A stretch of 64,000 nt of DNA from Nitrosopumilus sp. Its GTDB lineage: Archaea > Thermoproteota > Nitrososphaeria > Nitrososphaerales > Nitrosopumilaceae. Location: assembly GCA_963667665.2 (NCBI GenBank), contig OY763927.2, positions 1,440,001 to 1,504,000 of the forward strand. The letters run 5' to 3'. The position numbers and the translations under genes are program-made. Position 1 is the first letter of the stretch, and each line of letters begins with the position of its first letter. Positions 51,402 to 62,093 of this stretch are shown piece after piece. The notes beneath the pieces are model-generated. The model searched no databases. It was not told the origin of the DNA and worked only from the letters and a program-made list of their open reading frames with translations.

Positions 51402-54373
51402 TTATATCTCTGCATAATTATTTTCTGCTTGTACCATAATTACAGGAATCAATTTCTCAAAGCTTTCAGTGGCATAATCAGATTCTAATAAAATTCGTTT
51501 AATACCTGCACGAATTTTGGCCTTGATACTTTCTTGGTTCATCCAATCAATGGTAGTATTTTGTTTAAGAAAATCAGTTAACTGAATAGATACTGCCTTG
51601 AGTGTATCATCGGATTTTGCATACTCTTTTGCCTGAGCTACTGCCTCATAGAAAATGTATTCTTCTTCAGATAATCCTAATTCTTCTTCTTTTTTCTTTT
51701 GGTTTGTAACATCATTTCCAATCTCTATGATTCTAGTCATTGTTGTTTCAAAGTTCTCAAATCTTCCATGATACTTTGATAATGCATTTTCAATTCTTTC
51801 TAGGAATGTTTTTCTTGCAATAGCATTTCTTTTGAATTTGGCAGTAATTGCATCATCAAGTAACTTGTATGCAAGTTCAACTTTGAGATTCTTTTGTCTA
51901 TATTTGCGTAGTTTGTCTAGTTCTTTGTTTAGATTAATTTTTTCGGGATCATATTCAATACTAAATTGTTTTATGATCTTGTTTGTTCCAATTCCTTTCT
52001 CAACTAAATCTTGAATGGCTGATTCTTTTTCATCAGAAATTTGGGGTGGATTTGAGGTACTTTTTGAGAGTATTTTACGTAATTTCTGAAATGTTCTCAA
52101 ATCATCTTCTACTTCTTGGCAGGCAGGATTAGGCGTACAAACTGCATATACTTTTGTTAATTCGGTCACATTTTTTACAAATTTACGTTTGACATCATCA
52201 TCTTCTACAATTTCATCAATTGCATTATAGATTAATTCTACTTGTTTGTCTTCAGGTAAGGTGGGGTAATCAGAAATTGGTGTTTCAAAAAAGTTAATGA
52301 GCTTGTCATGTTTGTTTTGCATGTATAGAATAATTTCTTTGGTTGGCTTCATTGCTTCTTTGATGTCTTGTTCTGCAAATGCCTTGAAGGATTTTCTTAG
52401 ATCATCTCCTATTCCAATATAATCAACAATTAATCCTTGAGGTTTGTCTTTCCAAATACGATTGACTCTAGAAATTGCTTGAATTAAGTTATGATCACGT
52501 AATGGTTTATCAACATACATTGTATGCAGTAATGGTGCATCAAATCCAGTAAGTAACATATCACATACAATTAAAAGTTCAACAGGATTTTTTTCATCTT
52601 TGAAATTTTTAATTAGTTCTTTAATTTTTTGCTTGCTTCTATAATGTGGATTAAGATAATCTTCAAGAGTTTTTTTCTCATCAGATAGTCCTTCAAGTGA
52701 TTTCTTTTTTGAACCTGATATTACACAAACACATTCTGGATGATTATCTTGTTTGTCTATGAATTCTTTGTACATTGCTGCTGCTTTTTTAGAGCTTGCA
52801 CAAAGCATTGCTTTTCCATTGAGGACTTTTTTCTTTTCATTAAAATGATCAACTAGATCTTTTGCAATTACTTGGATTCTATCTGGATCCTCAAAGAGTT
52901 TTTTCATTTCAGTCCATTTTTTTGAAAGAACTTCTGTTGCTTCTTCATCAATATCTTCGGTAATTTCTGCAAAGTCTTTACCAATGAATTGATTTAGTAA
53001 ATGAAGATCAATTCGTCGTCCTTCATACGCAATCTCAACTGTAGTTTTATCTCGAACTGCTTCAGGAATTTTATAGGTAGAAATTACTGAACCAAAGACA
53101 TCAGTGGTTGAGCGGTCTTCCATCTCAATTGGTGTGCCTGTAAAGCCCAGTCTAAGGGCATTTGGGAGTGCTATTTGCAGATTTTGAGCAATTTTTCTGT
53201 ATTGTGAGCGATGGGCCTCATCTGCAATTATTATGATATTTCGTCTATCAGAGATTTTTGGATATTTTATTCTTCCTTCTTTTTCTTCTTTTGTTGTTTG
53301 GAATTTTTGAATTGTAGTAAAGATAATCTTTCCTGCTGGGGTCTCAAGTTTTTCTCTAAGATCATCTATACCTTCAGCTTCTAATACTGATGTTGGTGCA
53401 CGTGGATAAGGAAAACCTGCTGTTGTAAAAAATCCTGCTATCTGTTCATCAAGATCACGTCTATCAGTAATTATTACAAATGTTGGGTTTTCAAATTCAG
53501 GTAATTGTGATAAATATTGAACAGCAAATATCATTGTAAGTGATTTTCCAGAACCTGTAGTATGCCATACTACACCTATTCTGTTTTCATCTTTTTGTGA
53601 TAAAACTTGTTTTGCTTTTTCTGCAATTGTGTTTACTGCTTCAACTTGATGTTGCCTTGCAATTTTTTTAATTATTTTTGTTCCATCATCTTCATATTCT
53701 ATAAAATTTTGTATCAAGTGAAGTAATCTGTCTTTTTCAAATAGTCCTCGTTGTAACACATCTAATTGGTTTGAAATCTTTTTGTTTTTATTTTGAGAAT
53801 CTTTCCATTCAAAAAAGTATTCAAAGTTTGATGTTAGGGTTCCATATTTTGCTAGTGTTCTATCACTAATTACTAGAAATGCATTGTAATGAAATAGTTT
53901 TGGAATGTATCTTTGATAATCAGTATCTCCCAGCTGATGAAATGCATCTTTTATTGTTGCACTAGTACTGGTGGGGTCTTTGTATTCTAAAATTACTAGT
54001 GGAATTCCATTTACAAATACAATATGATCTGTTCTCTTTGATTCATGTTGTTTTATCATGAATTGTCTTACTGCAAGAAAATCATTGTTTTCTGGATTTT
54101 CAAAGTCAACATACTTTACAAGTTTAGTATCAGGTTTTCCTTTTTCATCAGTAATTGAAACCTTACATCCTGAAAGTAGTAAATCATGAAATTTTCGATT
54201 ATTTTCTACTAAATCTGGTGATGAAAGTCCTTCAAGTTTTCCTATGGCTATTTCATAGGCCTCATCAGACAATCCAGGGTTGATTTTCTCTAAATCCCTG
54301 CGTAATCTACGCCTAAGAAGCACTTCTGAGAGAGAGAATCTCGCTCAGCATTTTCTTTTCCAGGATTAAAATC
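51402..54373 (-). pseudogene. hsdR: Type I R-M restriction subunit, 5'-truncated and frameshifted at a (TC)5 run; 973-codon remainder open
   Basis: D...FVNGIPLVILEYK nuclease, WHTTGSGKS, DEAHRSQY, FTGTP, MLLTGFDAP; upstream DFNPGKENAERDSLS is out of frame and abuts IS sequence. Confidence 0.88.
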
Positions 54374-55442
54374 AGGCCCTCTCAGACAAACCACGGTCAG
54401 GACGTCCACCCAAGATAGACAGAAAAATTCTAAACAAAGCAAGGCATTGGTGCGAGGAACGCGCATTTACACCCGTAGAACTGCACGACAAACTAGAAGA
54501 GATGTCTGGAAAAAACCTTGGCATCTCGCAGATAAGGCGATATGCCAGACAGTGGGGATACTCTAGAAAAAAGACACAGCCAATCATGGTTAGTAGAACA
54601 CCAATAGAAGAGGTGAACAAATGGAGAGCCAGCCTGTATCAAAAGATTGCAAGATACACAAAGATGCGATATACAATTGTAACACAAGATGAATCACACT
54701 TTAAGGACGCTGCAATGTCTGCAAAATATTGGGCAAAACTGTGCCTACGCATATTCATGTTATGGAGCGGAGGATTTCATAGATTCTCAATGATATGCAG
54801 CATGACACAAGACGGCAGACAGTTTTTTAATCACTGTCAGACTGTCAATACCGCTTCCTTTCTAGAACATATGGACAAGGTGTACATGGAGGTAGGCAAG
54901 ATGGTCCTGATACTAGACAAGGCACCGTGGCATATATCCCAGGAGACGAAAAGATTCTTTGCAGAGCGCGACATTATTGTCCTGTGGTATCCTATCGGAC
55001 ATCCATATCTGAATCCCGTAGAGGAAGTATGGAGCGTACTCAAACGTGTAATGAATCATTCCATACGTTATGCAGACAAGGATGCACATCTGGCAGCAGT
55101 GTATGAATTTATCAGGGTACACAAGTTTGATTATAATTTTAAGAAATTCTGGAAGAGAAAACCGCCCAAAGGAATCATGCGGCCATTCATAAAGATGGAT
55201 GATCCGCCAAATCCCGACATTGTATCACACCAGGTATCGTCTAAACCTGCACAAAAACAATGATTGTACGAATAGTTTGATCTTCTGTATGTATCATGTT
55301 GGTGCCTGCATTTTTTTCCAATGTGATATGTATAGCCATACATGAATCTGAATTTTAATTTTCCATGCATTTTGTTTTGTGCTTTTGGTGTATTCCCCAG
55401 ACAAGAGGCATTATGCCTATGATGGTCCTAAAATATCATGTA
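54373..55442 (+). mobile_element. IS630-family insertion sequence with left end deleted
   Basis: GC-richer than flanks; frame starts mid-protein at ALSDKPRSGRPPK; DDE triad TQDESHF, ILDKAPWH, LNPVEEVW (ORF 54502-55263); right end placed tentatively at TA 55441-55442. Confidence 0.85.
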
Positions 55443-55651
55443 CAGAAACTTATGCACGTTGCTATACCATTACCACCTTGACCACTATTTAGAAACTCAT
55501 CAATTATTTTTGAATTATACAATATCATTTTAGTTATTATAAAAAAAATTAAAATTGAAAAAGAAAATATCATTCCAATAAAACTTTCAGAAGAAATTGA
55601 TAGTATAGTGATTGATAATAATATTAGAAAAATAATTATGGTAAATGACAA
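55436..55651 (-). CDS. Small two-TM ORF, probably truncated by the IS
   Basis: Hydrophobic 71 aa; its stop falls just inside the inferred IS end; very AT-rich, may be spurious. Confidence 0.3.
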   Translation of the reverse strand: MSFTIIIFLILLSITILSISSESFIGMIFSFSILIFFIITKMILYNSKIIDEFLNSGQGGNGIATCISFCT

Positions 55652-55947
55652 TAAAATAATTAATTAATTAATCTATTTAGCTAGTTCACTATGTTATCAA
55701 GGTGGTAAAGGTGGTATAGTGGAACCATAGTTCAATGAGACCTTAAACTAACAAAAAACTGGCAACACATACAAGATACTGTTGGTATTTCTACTAGTCA
55801 CCTAAGAAATTACGTTCGAGGTCATGGAACCTATGAACTAATTGAGAAAATTACCGCAAAGATATAAAAGTTAGAAATGTGTAATTGTACATGTTCACCA
55901 ACAGTTAGTTTCTAAATCCTTGACCCGGAATATCAAGAAACAAAAAG

Positions 55948-56118
55948 GTGAAACAAGTGAAAAAGAAAGTAAAGACATTCCTATTTCAGGATTTTTTGAT
56001 CCTATCTTTAGATAAAGAATGGATTAATCTATTCAAAGGAATTCCAACATTTGATGTATTCATAGACAACCAACAAAAACTCCACCTTAGATCAAGGGAG
56101 GTAATTAGCCTTGAGTAA
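55948..56118 (+). CDS. Small protein (56 aa), possible AbrB-like DNA-binding fold
   Basis: Manual translation MKQVKKKVKTFLFQDFLILSLDKEWINLFKGIPTFDVFIDNQQKLHLRSREVISLE; overlaps the start of the next gene. Confidence 0.55.
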   Translation: MKQVKKKVKTFLFQDFLILSLDKEWINLFKGIPTFDVFIDNQQKLHLRSREVISLE

Positions 56119-57469
56119 CAGGAACAAACCAAGTTCTACAAAGGTAAAAGGAAAAATTGAAAATAGATATGTTGAATCTGTTTTAGTTGAAAACAAGCCT
56201 ATTTTTCTAGTAAAAGATCTAGAAACAGGAGAAATTTCAATTGAAAAGACCATTGAGACAGATGATTGTATTTTCATTCCATTGAAAAAAAATGAATGTG
56301 GATATTATCCATATTCATTTGAAAATGATGAAATACAAGATATTTTCAAGCAAAAAATTACTACTGAGAAGATCCTTGAAGAGATAAAAAGTCAGGTTGA
56401 CAGATATTTGGATTTACCAGAAAGAGGAAAAATCCTGATTTCCGGTGATATTCTGATCACTTATTCTATGGATTGGATCACCACTCTTCATTATCCATTT
56501 TTTGTGGGAGACAATGAATCAGGTAAGAGTTCAGTACTTCATCTGGGAAGATGGCTAAATTACAGATGTCTGTTAAGTGAGGATCTCCCAAATGCTCACA
56601 TTTACAACTTTTTGGGAATAGATGAGGAAGGAACTGGAACAATATGTGAGGATGAAGCACAAGATATAGAATTCAACAAAGAAAAAATCAGAACATACAA
56701 GAGCTCCTATTCAAGTGGGGCAACAAAACCTCGAGTAATCACATTTTCTAACAAGAAATTTCAGGTGTATTACAAGACTTTTTGTGCCAAATGGTTTGCC
56801 GGAGAAAGACTACCAAGAAACAAGGGATTTGTTGAAAGATTAGCCATTATCCATATGGTTAGTGGTACTCCTTTGAGTAATATCAAAAGAGCAAACATGA
56901 ATGAAAAATCAGAACTAAATTCATTGAGAAATAAACTTCTGATTTGGAAAATTCAAAGAATTGGAGAAAAACATGAATTCAAATCAGATTTGATAAGACG
57001 AGACCAAGAACTTTGGGAAGATTTTATTGGAGTTTTTGAAAATACTAAATTTGCAAATGCTGCAACTGATGTTGCAAAACATTACATCAAACAAAGAAGA
57101 AAATCCATAACCAATAGTTTTGAGGCTATAATCTTCAAAATTCTTGTTGATAATCTCAAAGAAGATGAGATTGAATCACTTGTGTTATGGAGTTTACTTA
57201 CAGATGGGGTAAATCTTGTAGGTGAATTTGATTCTTGGAACAAGAAAACATTTGTTCCCGATGAGTTTGATGTTAGACTCACACCAAATTCTTTGAAAAA
57301 TCTTGTTGAAGATAAATTTCAAGCAAAGAAAATAGTTAGAACTATTACAAGAAATAAGAAATCTGTAAAAATTACTAGTTATTTCTTTGACAAGGAAATT
57401 TTGGAGTCATTGATGACAAAATATGGAATTAATTTAGAAACAATGGAAGATAGTTTGTTAAGCAGCTAA
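56111..57469 (+). CDS. P-loop NTPase, putative replication helicase of the element
   Basis: Walker A GDNESGKS, Walker B ICEDE, later ERL and RRDQELW; location inside the element. Confidence 0.65.
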   Translation: MSNRNKPSSTKVKGKIENRYVESVLVENKPIFLVKDLETGEISIEKTIETDDCIFIPLKKNECGYYPYSFENDEIQDIFKQKITTEKILEEIKSQVDRYLDLPERGKILISGDILITYSMDWITTLHYPFFVGDNESGKSSVLHLGRWLNYRCLLSEDLPNAHIYNFLGIDEEGTGTICEDEAQDIEFNKEKIRTYKSSYSSGATKPRVITFSNKKFQVYYKTFCAKWFAGERLPRNKGFVERLAIIHMVSGTPLSNIKRANMNEKSELNSLRNKLLIWKIQRIGEKHEFKSDLIRRDQELWEDFIGVFENTKFANAATDVAKHYIKQRRKSITNSFEAIIFKILVDNLKEDEIESLVLWSLLTDGVNLVGEFDSWNKKTFVPDEFDVRLTPNSLKNLVEDKFQAKKIVRTITRNKKSVKITSYFFDKEILESLMTKYGINLETMEDSLLSS

Positions 57470-58084
57470 TTCTTTGAATTGTTCAATAAATTGATCTTTG
57501 TGGAAAATGTATTTTAATTTGACATCTTTTTCAATTTCTTTGCGATGTTGCTCAGTTCCTCTAAAAATGATAGACATTAGACATTTGCATTCAAATTTAT
57601 CTTTTGCAGCATTTACTGCAGAGATTGCAGACATGCCGCTAGTAATTACATCATCAATGATAACTACTGGTGAAGTTATTATTCCTTCAATTAATTTTTG
57701 AGTTCCATGTAGTTTTGGTGCTTTACGAACAAAAAATGATGTGATCAAAGGATTTGAAGAATCTTTTTCGTTTTCAAAATAACTTAATTGTGAAATTGCT
57801 GTTGCAATTGAGATAGAACCTGATTCCAAACCACCAACTGATTTTACATCTGGCATTTGTTTAATATAATGATAAAATACTTTGGCAACGGCATTGATTC
57901 CTTCTGGATGACCATTTAGAAGTTTTAGATCAAAATAATATTCGCTTGTTGCTCCAGATGCCAATTGAAATGGTTTGTCTGGTGAATATTGAAATGCTTT
58001 AGTTTTCACTAACAAATCAAACAATACTTTGGTATCTGTCTCAATATCAGAGGATAAACTCATCATTGAAGAAAAGACCTCCAT
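57458..58084 (-). CDS. pyrE: Orotate phosphoribosyltransferase-like PRTase
   Basis: F.LASG..S.YYFD, GGLESG, VRK.PK.HGT...IEG, PRPP loop VVIIDDVITSG.S. Confidence 0.85.
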   Translation of the reverse strand: MEVFSSMMSLSSDIETDTKVLFDLLVKTKAFQYSPDKPFQLASGATSEYYFDLKLLNGHPEGINAVAKVFYHYIKQMPDVKSVGGLESGSISIATAISQLSYFENEKDSSNPLITSFFVRKAPKLHGTQKLIEGIITSPVVIIDDVITSGMSAISAVNAAKDKFECKCLMSIIFRGTEQHRKEIEKDVKLKYIFHKDQFIEQFKELAA

Positions 58085-58269
58085 CCAGATAATAAATCAT
58101 TGCTGCCAATTATCAAACATGGTAGTAATACAAAATGATTTTGGACGCAATAACCGCTATGACCCCCAAGCTTCATCAACTTATGATTTCTAGGGCCCTA
58201 TATGATCTTAAGTGGTCTAGTCATATGGATTTGACTTAGAATAGTCAAATTTTTGCAGAATTGATCATT

Positions 58270-58869
58270 TTAGCCAAAGTTTGCCAATATTTGATCCATT
58301 TTTTCATTTGTAATGTTATGATAATGACTTATTCTATTTTTTAGAGAAACCCAATCACAAATTGAAACAAAATCAAAATCCTGATTAGAAAAAGTAGTTT
58401 TGGAAAGATTTTCATCAACTAGTGAGATTACTTGTGAAATTGGAACTTTTTGTTGAGAAAATCGTTCAACTACTTCTAAAACATGATTTTCATTGATAGA
58501 ATAAGGAATTATCAAAGAACATGGAACTTTTTCAGGTTCTATAAACTTGCTATCTGCACTTGAATCATTTTCTAAATCATATGGATAAAATGGTAATTTT
58601 TCATTTAGGCTAGCTTGAGTGGCTAAGACAATTAAAGATGGATCATTTTCAGTAAATCCTATCACAGATTTACAATTTGATTGTTTGATGTAAGTTTGAA
58701 GAAGTTTTAATGTAGTTTTCTTCAAATGTTTTGGATCTTCAAATAAAGTAAGTGAGATGTGTTTTCCATCAGTATTTTCTCGAAATGCAATATTATCTTG
58801 AAAAACATTGAAAGCTAAGCTATCTGTAATGATTTCTTTAGAACTATCAACAAGTTGAGATATTTCCAT
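58270..58869 (-). CDS. Degenerate PRTase-fold protein lacking the PRPP-binding loop
   Basis: Collinear with PyrE by eye (F.DPK.L, KSVIG, LA..ASL...LPF, V..VISLVD, FVSI) but IIPYSINE replaces IDDVITSG. Confidence 0.55.
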   Translation of the reverse strand: MEISQLVDSSKEIITDSLAFNVFQDNIAFRENTDGKHISLTLFEDPKHLKKTTLKLLQTYIKQSNCKSVIGFTENDPSLIVLATQASLNEKLPFYPYDLENDSSADSKFIEPEKVPCSLIIPYSINENHVLEVVERFSQQKVPISQVISLVDENLSKTTFSNQDFDFVSICDWVSLKNRISHYHNITNEKMDQILANFG

Positions 58870-58908
58870 ACATTTGAAAGAATTTTGTATTATTTTTAGT
58901 AAACTAAA

Positions 58909-60033
58909 TCATTCAATGATACAATCTATACTATTTTTTTCCAAATATTCTTTTAATTTATCAAATTTTGCTTCAAGACTTTGATATTTCTCATTCATTT
59001 GTTTTAGATTAGTTTCAACTGCTTTGAAATCAGAAATTGTTAGTAATGGTTCAACTTCCAAGTACATTTCTCGTTTCTTCTCATTTTCCAATTGATAGTA
59101 AGTATTCATGTAGAATTGATGACCAATCAATGATTCTGCAAAATCCCTGCCTGATGCATTGCCAACAACTGTTCTAAAGAACTTACGAAATGCGTGAAAA
59201 TGTACAATACTATATCCACTTGGATTTTTCTTATCTAAATCTGGAACTTTAGAGGTGTGAACTCTTAGTTGTCTCATTAGATATCCTTCTGAGACTAGGG
59301 AATCAGGCTGAACAGTTTTCTCAGTTCTTCTACGACTACCTAGTGCACTTCGACCAAAGAATTCTATATCATCAAGATGTGAATTATCTTTATTTTCAAT
59401 CCAACCAAGTGTTCTTGATAGATAGTCTTTGAGTGAATTTGTTGCCTCTGTTGTGATAAATGTCTCTCTTGCTGTTCTTGTCTTTGTGATTTTTGCTCGT
59501 AGTCTAATGGTGGTTGGGGTAGTTGACATGTCAATATCAGATAATTTTAGCTGAACTAATTCTCCAATTCTAATCCCACTTGATGCTAGAATGAGAATTA
59601 CTGTTTGCAATCTTGGTGGAACATTTCGCAATACACGTAAAATCAATTCTTTTGTTAGTGGAACTTCATATTCTCGTACATCTTTTGGAACTCGTATTAC
59701 TTGTTTACAATCCTCTGTGTAGATTTTTAATCCTAAATATCTAAGATAACCTTTGACTGCAGCTAGTCTTGATTTGATTGATTGTGGTTTGTATTTTCTT
59801 TTGTCTAAGAAAATTACAAAATCTCTAAGTGTTGCATACACATCTAATTGTTTTTGTTTTACTTGTTCTACAAACTCTAGATCATTAATGTTATACTTTA
59901 CTTTTAAAAAATCTCTAAAACCACAATGGTTTTGATTAACAATTGCTAATCTATAGGATTTTGTTGTGTTGTAACTATGAGACATTACATAGACAGAGTC
60001 AAGATAATCTTGTAGTGGTTGTTGGGGGTTCAC
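58909..60033 (-). CDS. Tyrosine recombinase/integrase
   Basis: SGIRIGE (R), KITKT (K), HAFRK (HxxR), LIGH, NTYY (Y); C-terminal coiled coil. Confidence 0.93.
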   Translation of the reverse strand: MNPQQPLQDYLDSVYVMSHSYNTTKSYRLAIVNQNHCGFRDFLKVKYNINDLEFVEQVKQKQLDVYATLRDFVIFLDKRKYKPQSIKSRLAAVKGYLRYLGLKIYTEDCKQVIRVPKDVREYEVPLTKELILRVLRNVPPRLQTVILILASSGIRIGELVQLKLSDIDMSTTPTTIRLRAKITKTRTARETFITTEATNSLKDYLSRTLGWIENKDNSHLDDIEFFGRSALGSRRRTEKTVQPDSLVSEGYLMRQLRVHTSKVPDLDKKNPSGYSIVHFHAFRKFFRTVVGNASGRDFAESLIGHQFYMNTYYQLENEKKREMYLEVEPLLTISDFKAVETNLKQMNEKYQSLEAKFDKLKEYLEKNSIDCIIE

Positions 60034-60097
60034 GAATATCTAATAACACATGCTACGATAAAACAGGTCAGGGAGTGGGAGTGTTGATGCCGAATGC

Positions 60098-60109
60098 AGT
60101 GGTTTCTAT
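60098..60109. repeat. att site (right copy) AGTGGTTTCTAT
   Basis: Identical to 48892-48903; contains the stop codon (60106-60108) of the flippase-like gene. Confidence 0.8.
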
Positions 60110-61143
60110 AAGGTATTTTCATCAGTACTATCTGAAGTATTCTTTGGAATTTTACTTAGAGCCAACTTAACTAACAAGAGCCAAGTTATGCCTATAGGCA
60201 CATAATAAGTTGCAATTCTCCAACCAATTACTGCATCCCATGCTAAACTACCTTCAGGAATTTCTAAATTAAATGGATCCAGATTATGCAAATATGCAAC
60301 AATTCCAAATTCAGCTAATCCTGAACCACCTATAGTAATTGGCATGTTTCCAATTGCATTTGCACCCATTACTGCCATGATTGAATCAAATGCATTAATC
60401 ACATATCCTGTTCCCATAGCAATTATCATAAATGATATTCCATAAAATGACCAAGAAACAATTGATATTAGAAATGAAACTGTGAATATTTTTCTTGATT
60501 CAGTAGTCTTTAGATTTTCTTTACTCATCTTACATATTCCTTCCATCCAAGTATTTGTTTGTCGAACATATTTTTCACCTTTTTCTTTTCCAATTCGTGT
60601 AACCAAATCAGAGCAAACTTTTGGCATTAGAATAATTCTTTTAGATGACAAGAAGAATAGGGTAATCCAAAGTATAGTTACAATTAAACTAGTTATCATA
60701 ATTATAGCACCAACTACATATGCACCATGCACGAATGCAAGAATTCCTGCAATAATTGACAACAAGCCTGCAGCAAGAACTTCAGTAACTATATCCATTA
60801 TTGCAATCCAAGTTGCTTTTGCAGTTTCAACTCCTTTCTTTTTCAAATAATATATGACAACAAATTCTGCTCCAATGAACATGGGAGTTGTAAATTTGAT
60901 AAATTCACTTCCAACTCTTACACCTATTAGATTCCAAAAAGAATCAAACTTTGGCAGATATTTTCGTGTGATATATACAAATTTTATTCCTTGCAAGCCA
61001 AGTTTCATCATCATGGCAGCAATTGCGCCTAAAAATGGCAAAATTCCAATTGCCAAGACATCGTTAATGTTTATGTCAAACTGAAATGCAATTACAAAAA
61101 TTGGAATAAGGGTAACTGGAATAGCAATAATTCTCCAATTCAT
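60106..61143 (-). CDS. Flippase-like membrane protein (LPG synthase TM/UPF0104 family)
   Basis: TTP..IGAE, multiple TMs, P.TIGGSGLAE.G, WR.ATYY. Confidence 0.85.
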   Translation of the reverse strand: MNWRIIAIPVTLIPIFVIAFQFDININDVLAIGILPFLGAIAAMMMKLGLQGIKFVYITRKYLPKFDSFWNLIGVRVGSEFIKFTTPMFIGAEFVVIYYLKKKGVETAKATWIAIMDIVTEVLAAGLLSIIAGILAFVHGAYVVGAIIMITSLIVTILWITLFFLSSKRIILMPKVCSDLVTRIGKEKGEKYVRQTNTWMEGICKMSKENLKTTESRKIFTVSFLISIVSWSFYGISFMIIAMGTGYVINAFDSIMAVMGANAIGNMPITIGGSGLAEFGIVAYLHNLDPFNLEIPEGSLAWDAVIGWRIATYYVPIGITWLLLVKLALSKIPKNTSDSTDENTL

Positions 61144-61334
61144 TTTGATGATTGGTTTATGAATTCAAATATGAAAGTTGACTTAATTTTGTTGGTAAAA
61201 TTGTCAATTAGTCTAAAACTAGGCATAAAAGTTGATTAAATAATTACAACAAAGGAGATTTTTAGGATTCAAAAACCAAACATTGGTAATTTTCTAGTTT
61301 AAAATATAAGCAAAGAAAGAAAAATTATACAGGA

Positions 61335-62093
61335 TTGAAAACAATTTTTATTTCTGGTACAGCTGGAGCAGGAAAATCATTACTTACATCAAAATTATAT
61401 GAATATTATACAAAAAATGGAGCATTTGCAGCTGTCCTGAATTTAGATCCAGGTGTAGAAAGTTTACCATACACTTGTGATATTGATGTAAGAGACTATG
61501 TGGATATTGTATCTATAATGCAACAATATGATCTTGGTCCAAACGGTGCTTTGATAATGGCAAATGATTTGATTGCATCAAAAATTGATGATATCAAAAG
61601 TGAAGTGAATAGAGTAAATCCTGATTATCTAATTGTTGATACACCGGGTCAAATAGAATTGTTCGCATATCGTTCTAGTGGACCTTTTCTTGTAGAAAAT
61701 ATTTCATCAGAAGAAAAAACAAATATCTTTCTTTTTGATGGTGCTTTGATTACATCACCAGTAAATTTTGTTTCAATTGCACTTCTTGCAACATCAATAA
61801 GATTACGTTTGAATGTATCAACAATTAATGTATTAACAAAAACAGATCTTATTGGTACCAAACTAAATGACATACTCAAATGGACAACAAGTCTGAGTAC
61901 GTTAGAAAATGCGATTTACAAGGAAGCAGATGGAGATACCTATACGTTGACTACAAATATTCTACGGGGTTTAAATCTTGGTGGATTTGCACAAGGATTG
62001 ATTCCAGTTTCAAATGTTACAGGAGAGGGCTATGTGAATCTTGAAGGTGCTCTAAGTAGAATTCTTAACTTGGGTGAAGAGGTAGAAAACTAG
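61335..62093 (+). CDS. GPN-loop GTPase
   Basis: GTAGAGKS, NLDPG, LGPNG, DTPGQIELF, TKTD. Confidence 0.95.
   Translation: MKTIFISGTAGAGKSLLTSKLYEYYTKNGAFAAVLNLDPGVESLPYTCDIDVRDYVDIVSIMQQYDLGPNGALIMANDLIASKIDDIKSEVNRVNPDYLIVDTPGQIELFAYRSSGPFLVENISSEEKTNIFLFDGALITSPVNFVSIALLATSIRLRLNVSTINVLTKTDLIGTKLNDILKWTTSLSTLENAIYKEADGDTYTLTTNILRGLNLGGFAQGLIPVSNVTGEGYVNLEGALSRILNLGEEVEN

Larger units (their letters stand above)
48892..60109. mobile_element. Integrated element (~11.2 kb) mobilised by a tyrosine integrase
   Basis: Perfect direct repeat AGTGGTTTCTAT at both ends; integrase next to the right repeat; defence, replication-type and IS cargo between housekeeping genes. Confidence 0.85.

Noticed and set aside
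54372-55370. Several short minus-strand ORFs within the IS
   Set aside because: Shadows of the GC-richer transposase region with no recognisable motifs
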